This document shows, piece by piece, positions 36,246 to 47,055 of a DNA stretch of 64,000 nt. This DNA comes from Lentisphaerota bacterium (GTDB taxonomy: Bacteria > Verrucomicrobiota > Kiritimatiellia > JAAZAB01), in contig JACPGM010000053.1 in the NCBI GenBank assembly GCA_016188985.1, forward strand, positions 4,290-68,289, in the 5' to 3' direction. The position numbers and the translations under genes were made by a program. The notes under the pieces are model-generated. The model was not told where the DNA came from and searched no databases. It was given only the letters and a program-made list of their open reading frames with translations. Position 1 is the first letter of the stretch, and each line of letters begins with the position of its first letter.

Positions 36246-38066
36246 TTATTCTCCGGGCTGTCGTCTGGTGTCTGTCGTCAGTCGTCGGTCTTCGGGCTTG
36301 GGCGGCAGGGCGAGCTTCAGGTGCAATTCGCGGAGTTGTTTTTCGGTGACGCCGGCGGGCGCGCCCATCATCAGGTCCTGTGCCTTCTGATTCATGGGGA
36401 AGGCAATGACTTCGCGAATGTTAGCTTCATTGGCCAACAGCATCAGAATGCGGTCAATGCCGGGGGCAATGCCGCCGTGCGGCGGCGCGCCCAGCCGGAA
36501 GGCGTTGATCAATCCACCAAAGCGCTCATCCACGGCTTGTTGATCATAGCCGGCCAGGGCGAAAGCCCGATACATGATTTCGGGATCGTGGTTCCGGATC
36601 GCGCCGCTGGAAAGCTCCACGCCGTTGCAGATAATGTCATATTGATAGGCCCGGATCGCGAGCGGGTCTTGTTCCTCCAGGGCTTGCATGCCGCCCTGCG
36701 GCATCGAAAATGGATTGTGCGAGAAAATGATCTGGCCGGTTTCCTCGTCCCGTTCAAACATCGGGAAATCAGTGACCCAGCAAAACCGGAAAATCCCCTC
36801 ATCAATCAGCTTCAGGTCCTGAGCCAGTTTCACGCGCAGGTCGGCGGTGATGCGGTTGACCTCGCGCGGCCGGTCGCAGACGAAGAACACCACGTCGCTG
36901 GCGTGAACTTCGCACTGCATGGCAATCGCTTCAAGCTGCGCGGGAGTCAGGAATTTGACAATTGGTCCCTTAACCCCCGCATCGGTCCAGACCAGGTACG
37001 CCAGGCCTTTAGCGCCCAGCCCCTTGGCATAATCCGTGAGCTTGTCAAAGAAACTCCGCGGCTGGGCGGCAATTTTCCCGACGGGGATCGCCCGCACAAT
37101 TCCGCCCTGCTCGATGACCGAGCGGAAAGCGTTGAAGCCGGATTCCTTGAAAAGGGCGGTCAGGTCGCGCATTTCGATCGGAATCCGCAAATCCGGCTTA
37201 TCGGTCCCGTATTTCAACATGGCTTCCGCATAAGGGATGCGCGGGAAAGGCGGAGCGTTAAATGGTTTCCGGGAGAATGTCCGGAATACGCTGGCCAGCA
37301 CATCCTCGACGACGACGAAGACATCGTCCTGGGTGGCGAACGCCATTTCGAGATCCAACTGGTAAAATTCGCCGGGGGAGCGGTCGGCGCGGGCATCCTC
37401 GTCGCGGAAGCAGGGCGCGATCTGGAAATAGCGGTCAAACCCGGCGACCATCAGCAACTGCTTGAACTGCTGGGGGGCCTGGGGCAAGGCATAAAACTTT
37501 CCGGGATGCACGCGGCTGGGCACGAGGTAGTCGCGGGCGCCCTCCGGGGAACTGCTGGTCAGGATCGGGGTCTGGAATTCCTGGAACCCCAGGGAGAGCA
37601 TACGCTCGCGGATAAAAGCGATTACACGGGCGCGTTGAACAATGTTGCCGTGCAGCCGCTCCCGGCGCAGGTCCAGGTAGCGGTAGCGCAGGCGCAGATC
37701 TTCCGGGCCGTCTTCCATCGCGTCCACCGGAAAGGGCAAGCTGCCGCAGGGTGAAAGCACCTGGATGGCTTCCGCCACCAGCTCGATTTCGCCCGTTGCC
37801 AGATTGGGGTTAACCGTTTCCGGCGAGCGCGCCACCACGGCGCCGGTGACGGTAATGACGCTTTCCAGGTGCAGGCGCTTGCTCAGGTTGAAAAATTCGC
37901 GGTCGGGCTGAATTACCACCTGGGTCAATCCGTAATGATCGCGCAGGTCAATAAACAGCAGTTGACCATGGTCGCGTTTGCGATAAACCCAGCCGGCCAG
38001 GCGCGCGCTCCTGGAAATATCGGTTGCTCGTAATTCACCGCAGGTGCGCGTACGATAAGGATGCAT
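36246..38066 (-). CDS. aspS: aspartate--tRNA ligase
   Basis: Start [14 protein letters not shown]…; anticodon-binding OB fold, class II motifs (…[23 protein letters not shown]…, …[14 protein letters not shown]…). Confidence 0.95.
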   Translation of the reverse strand: MHPYRTRTCGELRATDISRSARLAGWVYRKRDHGQLLFIDLRDHYGLTQVVIQPDREFFNLSKRLHLESVITVTGAVVARSPETVNPNLATGEIELVAEAIQVLSPCGSLPFPVDAMEDGPEDLRLRYRYLDLRRERLHGNIVQRARVIAFIRERMLSLGFQEFQTPILTSSSPEGARDYLVPSRVHPGKFYALPQAPQQFKQLLMVAGFDRYFQIAPCFRDEDARADRSPGEFYQLDLEMAFATQDDVFVVVEDVLASVFRTFSRKPFNAPPFPRIPYAEAMLKYGTDKPDLRIPIEMRDLTALFKESGFNAFRSVIEQGGIVRAIPVGKIAAQPRSFFDKLTDYAKGLGAKGLAYLVWTDAGVKGPIVKFLTPAQLEAIAMQCEVHASDVVFFVCDRPREVNRITADLRVKLAQDLKLIDEGIFRFCWVTDFPMFERDEETGQIIFSHNPFSMPQGGMQALEEQDPLAIRAYQYDIICNGVELSSGAIRNHDPEIMYRAFALAGYDQQAVDERFGGLINAFRLGAPPHGGIAPGIDRILMLLANEANIREVIAFPMNQKAQDLMMGAPAGVTEKQLRELHLKLALPPKPEDRRLTTDTRRQPGE

Positions 38067-38130
38067 GGGGAATTTTCGATTTATGATTGGTGATTTTTGG
38101 TGACTACTCAGGTCATTCAACTGTTCCAGC

Positions 38131-38247
38131 GGCCGCACAGGCTGTGCGGCCCTACCATATTTTCATGCCATAGGCAGACCCGCCTATGGCGGGACATCTT
38201 CCCATTGGTAGGGCGGGACAGTCTTGTCCCGCCGGCTTTGCGATAGA
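38131..38247. repeat. REP-like repeat family C, inverted copy of 12069-12215
   Basis: ggccgcacaggctgtgcggccctacc…ccataggcagacccgcctatggcgggac…ggtagggcgggacagtcttgtcccgcc is the reverse complement of the 12-kb copy. Confidence 0.6.
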
Positions 38248-38291
38248 TGACTTAAGCAGATACGATTTTTGTTTATTTTCTTCAGTTGTGG

Positions 38292-39284
38292 TTATGCCGG
38301 AGGTGCGGACTGTTGATTGTCAGCCGATTCCGTGTTGAAAACGCCCATCGTCCGGAATTTTTTATAGCGCTGCTCGATGAGCTCGGCGGGCGCTACTCTT
38401 TTCAGGTCGCGCAAATGGTGCAACCAGCGCTGTTTCAGCGTTGCGGCCATGGTCTTGGGATCCGTATGCGCGCCTCCTAACGGTTCGGGCACGATCTCGT
38501 CCACCAGGCCGGCTTGCAACAGGTCCGGGGCGGTCAGTTTGAGCGCGGCGGCCGCCTGGCCGGTGAAGGCCCGGTCTTTCCACAGGATCGCCGCGCAGCC
38601 TTCGGGCGAAATCACCGAATAATAGGCGTGTTCCAGGATCAGGATGCGATCGCCCACGCCGATGCCCAGCGCCCCGCCGCTGCCGCCCTCGCCGATCACG
38701 GTGACAATGATGGGAACCTTGAGGAGAAATAATTCGCGTAGATTCGTGGCAATGGCCTCGGCCACGTGACGCTCCTCGCTGCCTACGCCGGGATACGCGC
38801 CGGGCGTGTCAATCAGGGTCAGAATCGGGCAGGCGAATTTGGCCGCCAGTTTCATCAGACGCAGCGCCTTGCGGTAGCCTTCGGGATGGGCCATGCCGAA
38901 ATTATGGGTCACGTTGCTTTTAACGTCGCGCCCCTTCTGCGTGCCCAGAATCATGACCGGTTCGTTATCCAGGCGCGCCCAGCCGCCGATCATGGCCTGG
39001 TCGTCGGCATAATGCCGGTCGCCATGCAGCTCGATAAAATCCGTGCAGATCGCTTCAATATAGTCCCGCGTATAAGGGCGCTGGGGATGGCGCGCCAGTT
39101 GCACTTTGTCCCAGGCGCTCAGGTTCTGAAAAATGGCGCGCTTGGTCTCGGCGATTTGTTTTTGCAGTTCGGCCAGTTCGGCCGAGACATCAATGTTTTG
39201 CGCGGCGCTGAAGGCGCGCAGCTCCTGGAGCTTGTTTTCCAGCTCCAGAATGGGCGCTTCGAACGGTAACGAATAGGTTGCCAT
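38292..39284 (-). CDS. accA: acetyl-CoA carboxylase carboxyltransferase subunit alpha
   Basis: 330 aa; …FEAPILELENKLQEL… N-terminus and …GMAHPEGYRKALRLMKLAAKF…IDTPGAYPG… AccA signature. Confidence 0.9.
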   Translation of the reverse strand: MATYSLPFEAPILELENKLQELRAFSAAQNIDVSAELAELQKQIAETKRAIFQNLSAWDKVQLARHPQRPYTRDYIEAICTDFIELHGDRHYADDQAMIGGWARLDNEPVMILGTQKGRDVKSNVTHNFGMAHPEGYRKALRLMKLAAKFACPILTLIDTPGAYPGVGSEERHVAEAIATNLRELFLLKVPIIVTVIGEGGSGGALGIGVGDRILILEHAYYSVISPEGCAAILWKDRAFTGQAAAALKLTAPDLLQAGLVDEIVPEPLGGAHTDPKTMAATLKQRWLHHLRDLKRVAPAELIEQRYKKFRTMGVFNTESADNQQSAPPA

Positions 39285-39320
39285 GGAATGAATCCCGCCT
39301 GAAAACGGAGCTGGCCGCTG

Positions 39321-40235
39321 CTATTCAGCGATGGCCACTGGCGTTCCGAGGGGCAGAAGCAAAAACAGTTCTTCGGCGTTGTTGTTGGCCAGGCGCACGC
39401 AGCCGGCGCTGGCTTGCTGGCCGATGGTTTCCGGTTGCCAGGTGCCGTGCAAACCGTAGCCGCGCACCGCCGGAGTCTCGCCGGTGGCGGTCAAGCTCAT
39501 CCAGCGCGTCCCCAGGATGTTTTCCTTGTCGCCATAAGGAACCATCTTGCCGTCCGGCCGCCACCAGTCCGGCTGCTCGATCTTGTCGGTAATCACGAAA
39601 GTGCCGACGGGCGTTGAGCCGTATTTGCCGGTGCCAACGCGGTAGCGCTTGAAAAAACGGTTGTTGACCGAAAGCACCAGATCGTTGCGGCTCTTGCTGA
39701 TGGCCAGTTGACAGGCGCCTTTGAAGACCAGCAAGCGGTCGCCCGGATGCAGCATGGGCCGGTCAAGCGCATTGCTTTTTTTGATCAGTTCGGCGGTAGT
39801 CTTGAATTTCCTGGCAATGCGCTCCAGGTTATCGCCGGACTGAACGAGGTACTCCTCTTTTTCGGGCATGGCCGCCGGCGATAAAAGCAACTCGAAGTTG
39901 ATTTGTCCCAGCAAGGTCTCCAACGATTGCCTTAGCTCCTGGTCTAAACTCTGCGCCAGCAGCTCGTAGCCCTTGGCGCGGGCCTCGGCGAGCGACTTGT
40001 TGGCATAGAGCGCGCGAATTGTCTGCCAAGCCCGCTGCTGGGGCTTGACGGTCGGCTGCGCGCTGACTGGCCGGGAAAGCGCTTGCGCACTACGCCTGGT
40101 TGAAGCCCGGCACGAACGGATCAGAACGACGGTGGCGATGCCGGCAGTGACGAGTAAAATAACCAGCAAGAATACAGCTAACCGGGAACGACGTTCCGGG
40201 CCTTGAATCATCAGGTTATCCAGGTCATCAGCCAT
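39321..40235 (-). CDS. LysM-domain L,D-transpeptidase (YkuD family)
   Basis: LysM (YLVQSGDNLERIARKFKTTAELIKKSN) followed by YkuD catalytic domain (…HGTWQPETIGQQASAGCVRL…). N-terminal TM anchor. Confidence 0.8.
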   Translation of the reverse strand: MADDLDNLMIQGPERRSRLAVFLLVILLVTAGIATVVLIRSCRASTRRSAQALSRPVSAQPTVKPQQRAWQTIRALYANKSLAEARAKGYELLAQSLDQELRQSLETLLGQINFELLLSPAAMPEKEEYLVQSGDNLERIARKFKTTAELIKKSNALDRPMLHPGDRLLVFKGACQLAISKSRNDLVLSVNNRFFKRYRVGTGKYGSTPVGTFVITDKIEQPDWWRPDGKMVPYGDKENILGTRWMSLTATGETPAVRGYGLHGTWQPETIGQQASAGCVRLANNNAEELFLLLPLGTPVAIAE

Positions 40236-40364
40236 AATTTAAATCCTCTGATAAAAGACTAAAGTATCCAACATGGCTTGCCTTAAAGTGCCGCTACGAT
40301 AAACCAGCGCACTTCCCTTGGCAAGCGCATTTCCTGTCAGAAAGTAACCCCTGGTTGCCCAGCA

Positions 40365-41717
40365 TCATTTCGCAACAAGGAGGTTGGCGAGGCCGACTGT
40401 GTGGCGAGGCATGTGAAGGGAGATGCGATTGCCTTGCACAGAGATGGCGTCGCAAACGGTTTGAAGGTCGTGCTCCGGATCAATGCAAAGGATCTGCGCC
40501 TCCTCCATGGATCGGGGGGCCCGGTCGAGGTCAATGGTCCAGCGGTCGCGGTCAGAGCCATGATTGGCAAGGAACATTGATATTCGGCTTCCGTCTGCTG
40601 CGAGGCCCGCCAGCACCGCAAGCCCATGGTCCGGGTCGCTGCCCGATACGGCGAGGCGCTCCGGAGAAGCATCCATTAGTGTGGTCAGGGCGCGAAAGGC
40701 GTAGTAGGGTTTATGCGGCAGTCCTTGGAAGCTGAACATCCCGTAGTTGAAGTTCATGGAGGAGTAGTAGTTCGTCATGTCGAGCGGTAGATCCTGCATG
40801 GCGATGAGGCAGGTGGCGGCCAGCGAGGCGCCGGCGGATGAGTTCTTGTATGCGAAAAAGTCCCGTTCGGTCTGCGGAGTTGCGCGCATACCCTTGAACC
40901 CGCCGGGGAACGGCGCCATGTTCCATTCGTTCAAGTGGTTTTCGGTCTTGGTGAAGCCATAATGGTCGAGGATGGCGCGAACCTCGCGGGAGGCGACCGC
41001 GATTTCTCCAGCGGAGTCAGGATAGGTGTGCCAGGAAAGAAAGTCGAGCGGACACCCCGTGTCACGCAGTTTCGGCAGGAAACTGTGTAATTTGTCACGG
41101 CTGTTGCGTATGCTGCCGTTGAACGCCGGCCCGCCGATGCTGATATCGGGACAGACGGCCTTGATGCGTTTGGCCGCCGTGATAAAGAAGGCGATGAACG
41201 ATTCGTAGGTCCCATTCCACTGCGTTGCGCCGTTATCGGCCTCGTTCCATATCTCCCAATACCGGATGTTGTGGTGGAAACCGCCGGCCCAGCCTTCGTT
41301 GTAATGGCGGATTATTTGGATGCAGATATCGGCCCATTTCTTGAAATCCGCCGGGGGATCGGTCAGGCCGCTGAATTCCGGTCGTCTTCGCAAGCTGACG
41401 CCCAGTCGGTAGACGATGCCGCAGTCACAGTCCAGAATACTCTGGATGTAGCTGTCCGTAGCTCGGAATACGTAATTGGCAGGGTCGGCCGGGTCGAGGT
41501 GAAACAATGGAAAGATGCAGGGGACGTCTACGACGTCGAAACATGCATGTGGGCAGTCGTGCAGACGAACCGTTGGAAATCGGACCTGTTTGAAGAACTC
41601 GCACGCGTTGTACGCGCCCTGTCTGTAGATAGGGCCCACATTTGTGCCGTGGATGCGTCGGAACGATCCCGCCGGCTTGCTGCAATCAATCGTGATGTCG
41701 GCCTGGCATTGCTGCAT
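40365..41717 (-). CDS. glycoside hydrolase, clan GH-A (GH39-like)
   Basis: Catalytic acid/base motif …RYWEIWNEADNG… (NEP-type), TIM-barrel-like. Start at MQQCQ… (41717) preceded by ggagga RBS. Confidence 0.5.
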   Translation of the reverse strand: MQQCQADITIDCSKPAGSFRRIHGTNVGPIYRQGAYNACEFFKQVRFPTVRLHDCPHACFDVVDVPCIFPLFHLDPADPANYVFRATDSYIQSILDCDCGIVYRLGVSLRRRPEFSGLTDPPADFKKWADICIQIIRHYNEGWAGGFHHNIRYWEIWNEADNGATQWNGTYESFIAFFITAAKRIKAVCPDISIGGPAFNGSIRNSRDKLHSFLPKLRDTGCPLDFLSWHTYPDSAGEIAVASREVRAILDHYGFTKTENHLNEWNMAPFPGGFKGMRATPQTERDFFAYKNSSAGASLAATCLIAMQDLPLDMTNYYSSMNFNYGMFSFQGLPHKPYYAFRALTTLMDASPERLAVSGSDPDHGLAVLAGLAADGSRISMFLANHGSDRDRWTIDLDRAPRSMEEAQILCIDPEHDLQTVCDAISVQGNRISLHMPRHTVGLANLLVAK

Positions 41718-41924
41718 ATTGCCTTCCTCCTTGTTTCGTTCCAACTTTGCTATTACCTGAATATTGCGCCGAAGGCGCAAAAAAATGACTGAAAAACCAC
41801 TGGGAACCTCCTGGTGGATTGGGTTAAACCAATAACCAACCCACTGAAACCGATCGCCAGCCATCATGCACAGATCCGGCGGATCGATGGGGCGGAATTC
41901 ACGGCTGGATCGGGATTTTTCATA

Positions 41925-43529
41925 TCACCCCGCAAACGCAAAGGTGAACAGCCGGGCCGAGCGCATAAAGAACTCCAAACGGACAGGCGTTCCGGCCAGG
42001 AAGCTCAAATCGCTTCTTCCCTTCCATGTGACGGTATGCCGCAGGTGATTCAGATCCACCGGATCGCAATCCTCCCGCGTAAAACCGCCGACCGGGCGGC
42101 CCTCGGCGTCCCTGATTTGCACGAAAGCCTCGCCCAACCCCTGGCAGTCAATGTTCAGTTCAAGCTGCTTGCCATCGTGCCACAAAAGAGGCGTCAGAAA
42201 CCGTCCGCCGCGCGGACCGGCGGTTGCGGCGATGAAACGATCTTTTTGTTGCACAAGCCGGAAGACCGTTCCGCCCTCTTGAACGCCGTCCGGATCGAAT
42301 ACGCCGTGCGTTGTGCGACACCCCAGGTAATATTGAAAAACCTCGTCTCCGCGCCGGATCATGCCGGGCACGACCATGATCAAGCCGCCGTCGGGTTCCC
42401 CATACAGACCGTTCCCGACGTAGGGCCGCCGATCGGGCCGGCTCCACGTGCGCCCGTCGCGGCTCACCGCGAGCTGCGTTTCGAAGACTCCGTCATTGCC
42501 GCGCGCAAAATACCGGTGGGTCTCGCGCCCGCGGCGGTCAACAGAACCGGGATACTTGCGGAAAAGACCGGGAAAACCCAGCCATACCCCGTCGGCATAG
42601 CGGGTGGCGCTGAGATGGTTGATGTCAAGACTGGGCAGCGGCATATCTCCGGCGTCAATGTCCAGTGCGGTCTCCAGTTCGTCCGTGACATAGATGCAGC
42701 CCGTATGATCCAGCTTCCGTTCGCGAGCCGCGAAAGGCCAGGGCGTCTGATCCAGACTCTCCACTTCGCACCGCACAATGGTGCGGCGATTTGGAAATCC
42801 GCGCAGCAGCGCCACATACCGGCGCGTGGCGGGGTCGTAGAGGATCTGGTTGTTGGTGTCGGCGGTGAACGGCAACACCGGCTGGGGTTTCATCGTCCAC
42901 CGTATGCCGTCGGGCGATACGCTTAGGTAGAGCTTGCCTCCCTTCGAAGAGATCGCCATGAAGCGTTCCGCTGGGGAGCCCGCGGGATTGATCGCCGCCA
43001 CGCAATTCGCGCCGGTGAAAGGGAAAAAATTGTTCGCGCGGCTGCCGTGATAGTCCATGAGACCGAGTTCAGGACGCTCCCAACGAATGCCGTCCGCGCT
43101 CGTGAAAAAACCTTTGTGATAGAGTTCGCGACAGACCCATTCGATTCCCGGAAGGGGCCAGCCGCAGGAGCGGCAAAGAAGCTGCCGGCCTTCGTTTCCC
43201 TTGTTGCAGCAGGGACAGGCAACCTTTCCCGGCACGCCCTCGTAGCGCGCGATGCCGAGTGTCCACATTTTGTATATCCCATCGTCCTCGAGCACGGCCG
43301 ATGGCTCGATCCGGTAAGCCTCCCACGCATGCTCTGGTTTGAGAACCGGCCCCGCCTTTAGGGCCGGGTTCATTTCAAGCGTCATGCCGTCGCATTCCAG
43401 GAAGAACAAGTCATCCAGAAAGAATTGCGTTGTCGTGCCGATAGTCATGGGCTTCATGCGCAGATTCGGCGGATTCAAGGGACCGTAATTAGCAACTGGA
43501 TCGGAATTTCCCATACCTATGGATTTCAT
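41925..43529 (-). CDS. hypothetical protein (possible glycosyl-hydrolase-like)
   Basis: Long ORF downstream of the GH39-like gene on the same strand. Start placed at MKSIGMGN…; no recognisable signature motif. Confidence 0.4.
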   Translation of the reverse strand: MKSIGMGNSDPVANYGPLNPPNLRMKPMTIGTTTQFFLDDLFFLECDGMTLEMNPALKAGPVLKPEHAWEAYRIEPSAVLEDDGIYKMWTLGIARYEGVPGKVACPCCNKGNEGRQLLCRSCGWPLPGIEWVCRELYHKGFFTSADGIRWERPELGLMDYHGSRANNFFPFTGANCVAAINPAGSPAERFMAISSKGGKLYLSVSPDGIRWTMKPQPVLPFTADTNNQILYDPATRRYVALLRGFPNRRTIVRCEVESLDQTPWPFAARERKLDHTGCIYVTDELETALDIDAGDMPLPSLDINHLSATRYADGVWLGFPGLFRKYPGSVDRRGRETHRYFARGNDGVFETQLAVSRDGRTWSRPDRRPYVGNGLYGEPDGGLIMVVPGMIRRGDEVFQYYLGCRTTHGVFDPDGVQEGGTVFRLVQQKDRFIAATAGPRGGRFLTPLLWHDGKQLELNIDCQGLGEAFVQIRDAEGRPVGGFTREDCDPVDLNHLRHTVTWKGRSDLSFLAGTPVRLEFFMRSARLFTFAFAG

Positions 43530-43675
43530 TGCCGTTTCCTCTTGGTCAGGTCCGGGCGATGCGCGCGGCGGCTCAAACACTTAATGGATAGCGAATTCCC
43601 GGCGCAGAAGCAAAGAGAATTGCCGCGTTTCTATCATTGACAGGCGGGCATAAACGGGCATGGTTAATGCTGCTC

Positions 43676-44974
43676 ATGAAATCCACGCAACCACACGTCT
43701 TGTTTGTATGCACCGGCAACGCGGGGCGAAGCCAGATGGCGGAGGCCCTCTTCAAGCGTCTGGCCGGCGGAAAGACGGCGGTTTCCAGCGCCGGTGTGGC
43801 ACCGTGGGATCATCTGCATCCCATGGCCGTGCGCCTGATGCGGGAACGGGGCATTGACATGGCCCAGGACGGCCAGCGCCCGAAGGATGTTCGAGCCTTC
43901 TCCGAGGCGCTGTTCGATGTCGTAGTCACGCTGGGCGGCCGGGCGCTGGCCTTGACGCCTGAACTGCGCGGCAATCCGCGGCGCATGCACCTGGAAATTA
44001 AGGATCCTGCCGACGCCGATCAGGAGGGTGCGGAACGCCAGGAGGCCGCCTTCCGGTTCGCCTTGACGGAGATCGAAAGGCGCTTGCCGGATGTGCTGGC
44101 GTGCGCCACAGAAGGCGCCCGCGCCGGCGCGCTGCACCTGGCCGGGGGCATTTCAACGTGTTTTTCGCGTCTAGATTTCTCGCATCCCAATGCGTTCGAA
44201 CCATCGCGACATCTGCCCCTGCTGGCCCAGACCGGGTTCAAGTGCATCGAGCTGAATTTGTACCTGGGTGGTTTGGACTTTGCCTGGGATCGCCCGGAAC
44301 GGTTGCGGGAACTGGCGGCCGCCGCCTCCGACAACGGCATCCGCATATATTCGGTCCACGCTGTGGGCGACTGGGTGACCCAGGTCGAGCCCCAGCGCCG
44401 CCGGCTCATGATCGATCTGGCCAAGGCGAGCGCCGATGTCGCCGCCATGCTGGGGGCTTCTGTGATCCCTTTCCATGCCGGGCTTCCGCAAGGTTTGGAG
44501 CGCGCCGAGGGAGAAGCCGTGCTCCGGGATGTTCTCGCGGAGCTGGAAGCGCACGTTTTGTCGTGCTCCTGCGCATTCGGCTGGGAAAACGAGGCCATGG
44601 GGCTGACCGCCGAGGAGCACCTCGCCTGGATTCGCCGGTATCGCCCGGGCGCCATGGGGCTTGTCCTGGATACGGGCCACTCCAATCTTGTCGGTGACAC
44701 CGACCGCTATCTGGCCGTCGCGGGACTGCGTTTGAGCGGCCTGCATCTGAACGACAATCACGGCTCGTCAGACGATCATATGCTGCCGGGCCTCGGCACA
44801 GCCGCGTGGGAAGGCTTTACAGGGAAACTGTTGCGAACCGGCTATATCGGACCGCTGATGTTGGAAATTCACGATTTCGCGCGGCAACACGAGCTGCCTG
44901 CCGTACTGAGAGATGCGGCGGCGTCCCTGGACCGGCTCCGCAGCCAGATCCCGCCGGAGGCGGGCACCCTGTAA
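43676..44974 (+). CDS. fusion protein: LMW-PTP/ArsC-like phosphatase domain + xylose-isomerase-like TIM-barrel (sugar phosphate isomerase/epimerase) domain
   Basis: N-terminal CX5R P-loop HVLFVCTGNAGRSQMAEAL. C-terminal …LVLDTGHSNL…LHLNDNHGSSDDHMLPGLGT… (AP-endonuclease-2/xylose-isomerase-like TIM barrel). Confidence 0.65.
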   Translation: MKSTQPHVLFVCTGNAGRSQMAEALFKRLAGGKTAVSSAGVAPWDHLHPMAVRLMRERGIDMAQDGQRPKDVRAFSEALFDVVVTLGGRALALTPELRGNPRRMHLEIKDPADADQEGAERQEAAFRFALTEIERRLPDVLACATEGARAGALHLAGGISTCFSRLDFSHPNAFEPSRHLPLLAQTGFKCIELNLYLGGLDFAWDRPERLRELAAAASDNGIRIYSVHAVGDWVTQVEPQRRRLMIDLAKASADVAAMLGASVIPFHAGLPQGLERAEGEAVLRDVLAELEAHVLSCSCAFGWENEAMGLTAEEHLAWIRRYRPGAMGLVLDTGHSNLVGDTDRYLAVAGLRLSGLHLNDNHGSSDDHMLPGLGTAAWEGFTGKLLRTGYIGPLMLEIHDFARQHELPAVLRDAAASLDRLRSQIPPEAGTL

Positions 44975-45269
44975 AATTTAAAGTTCAAGGGTTCAGTGCT
45001 CAGGAGAGATGGCATGTTTTAGAGTGCCGATTTCCGATTTTGCGGCAATCCAAAATCTAAAATCTAAAATCCATCTTTAGGAACTTCGGGTCAAACCATA
45101 AAATAACACTTAACGACTTCAGAGTCCTAAATAAAAGGGGGATACTTTTTCGGGCGCGAAGGTCGGCCGGGGATGAACGGATCCCCGCAGGTGGTGGGAT
45201 GCGGCTCACGGTCGTGAGTCGCAATGAGCCGCAACGGGTTGCCTCCTGCGGCTACTATCCACATTAGGG

Positions 45270-45421
45270 GTTACCCAACCCGCTGGGGCGCAACCTCTTT
45301 GGTCGTTGCGCGGCGTTCCACGCGAAGGACAATACCTTCCAGGTATTCCACCTTCGCGTGCGCCTTGCGCAATCGGCAATATAGGTTGCGACATTGTCAT
45401 AATATTTACGAAACAGAGCAC
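45270..45421. mobile_element. MITE family E, truncated copy (right TIR present)
   Basis: cccaacccgctggggcgcaacctctttggtcgttgcgcg…tccaccttcgcgtgcgccttgcgcaatcggcaatataggttgcgacattgtcataatatttacgaaacagagcac. Homologous to the 3' ~150 bp of the full copy at 58663-58939. Confidence 0.55.
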
Positions 45422-45546
45422 TTAGACTTTTTGCTTGTCGGCAGGGAGCCGGAAAACATATATTATCCGCCTAGCGGAGATGAAGCTACCCTGACAGAGC
45501 CGCCGGCTATGTGCTTGACGTGCGGATACTAACACCGGGATTTGGC

Positions 45547-47022
45547 ATGCGCCCTAACATTCTCGTTTTCTATACCGATCAGCAGCGTCAGGACAGCCTG
45601 GGTTGCTATGGCAACGTGATTGCGCAAACTCCGCATCTGGACGCCTTGGCCCAACGCGGACTTCTCTTTCACAACCACTACGTCAGCAACCCGGTCTGCA
45701 TGCCCAGCCGGGCTTCGTTTTTCACAGGGCGCCATTTACAGGCGCATCGCTTGATTGACAATGGCATTCCCCTACCGGAAACGGAAAAAACCCTGCCGGC
45801 AGTCCTGGCCGAACACGGCTATCAGACCCACTCCGTCGGCAAGATTCATCTGACGCCCTATCTGGCGCCGCTGGAAAGCGGCTGCAAGGAATCATGGGCC
45901 GTGTGGCGCAGCGGCGCCCTTGACCAATGGAATGGTCCTTATTATGGATTCGAGCGGGTGCGCCTGACGCTGGGTCATGGCGACGTGCCCTTCACGGCCG
46001 GCGGCCATTATGCGCGCTGGATCCGGGAGCGGGTGAAGGAACCCGAACGTCTGGCCGCAGCGGCGTGTGAGGCGCACAAGAAGCAGCCTTATCGCTCCAT
46101 CGTGCCCGTGGAACTCTATCCTTCCACCTATGTCGCTGAGGAGGCGATTCGTTTTCTGCGCGAGCGCGACCGGAAACGCCCGTTTTTCCTGTATGCGTCA
46201 TTCCCCGATCCGCACGCTCCCTTTACGCCGCCGACGGCCTATGCCGAGCGCTTCGCCGCGGCTAATTTTCCCAAACCGCATCGGCGCGAAGGCGAACACG
46301 ATAACCGGCCGTTTCATTACCGGAAAGCAATGACCGAGCGACTGTTTCCGGAAGACGGCGGCGCGCATTGTCCGCGCAATCTTTCGGCCGATAATTGGCG
46401 GCAGATTTATGCCGCCACTTATGGCATGGTGAGCCTGATTGACGAATGCGTGGGCCGGGTGCTGGCCTGCCTGGAAGCGGAAGGGTTGGCCGCAAACACT
46501 TTTGTCGTTTTCACGTCCGACCACGGCGATTTTCTGGGCGATCACTTCTTTCTCTATAAAGGTCCTCTGCCTTGTCGTTCGCTGCTGAATGTGCCTTTCA
46601 TCCTGGCGGGTCCCGGCTGCCGCGCCGGTGCGACTCAGACTGTCATGAGCAACGTGGATGTCATGCCGACTCTGTTGGATTTAGTCGGCCTTGCCCAGCC
46701 CGCGACGGTGCAAGGGCGTTCTTTCAAACCGGTAACGGCCGGGACGGCTGAACTGGATGAAGCTCCCGCGCTCTGTTGCGGGTGGAGCAAGGATTCGCCG
46801 CAGTATTACCATCAGAGCCTGTATTTCAGCCACTGGCGCATTACTTATTTTCCATTTCAGGATGATGGCGAGCTCTATGATTTGGAACGTGACCCGCACG
46901 AGCTTTGCAATCTATACCATGCGCCCGAGCAGCGCGCGGTGCGCGTTGAATTGCTTGAGCGGCTGTTGAAGGAGCTTGGCCGCGCCGAGCCTTGCCGGCC
47001 GCCGGTTATTTCCCCGTGGTGA
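45547..47022 (+). CDS. sulfatase (arylsulfatase family)
   Basis: Sulfatase signature CMPSRASFFTGR (C-x-P-S-R, formylglycine site) after NILVFYTDQQRQD. Start at ATG 45547. Confidence 0.85.
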   Translation: MRPNILVFYTDQQRQDSLGCYGNVIAQTPHLDALAQRGLLFHNHYVSNPVCMPSRASFFTGRHLQAHRLIDNGIPLPETEKTLPAVLAEHGYQTHSVGKIHLTPYLAPLESGCKESWAVWRSGALDQWNGPYYGFERVRLTLGHGDVPFTAGGHYARWIRERVKEPERLAAAACEAHKKQPYRSIVPVELYPSTYVAEEAIRFLRERDRKRPFFLYASFPDPHAPFTPPTAYAERFAAANFPKPHRREGEHDNRPFHYRKAMTERLFPEDGGAHCPRNLSADNWRQIYAATYGMVSLIDECVGRVLACLEAEGLAANTFVVFTSDHGDFLGDHFFLYKGPLPCRSLLNVPFILAGPGCRAGATQTVMSNVDVMPTLLDLVGLAQPATVQGRSFKPVTAGTAELDEAPALCCGWSKDSPQYYHQSLYFSHWRITYFPFQDDGELYDLERDPHELCNLYHAPEQRAVRVELLERLLKELGRAEPCRPPVISPW

Positions 47023-47055
47023 TAGTTCCAGGATTTTTCTGGCAATGTTTCCGGC

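Noticed and set aside
36157-36390. 77-aa ORF after AbiEi that could have been the missing AbiEii toxin
   Set aside because: Too short, overlaps the aspS 3' end antisense, and has no nucleotidyltransferase motifs.
36321-37754. 477-aa ORF on + strand
   Set aside because: Antisense to aspS; no recognisable domain.
41814-42926. 370-aa ORF on + strand
   Set aside because: Antisense to the 41925..43529 gene, which is in operon orientation with the GH39-like gene; Arg/Ala/Pro-rich artefact.
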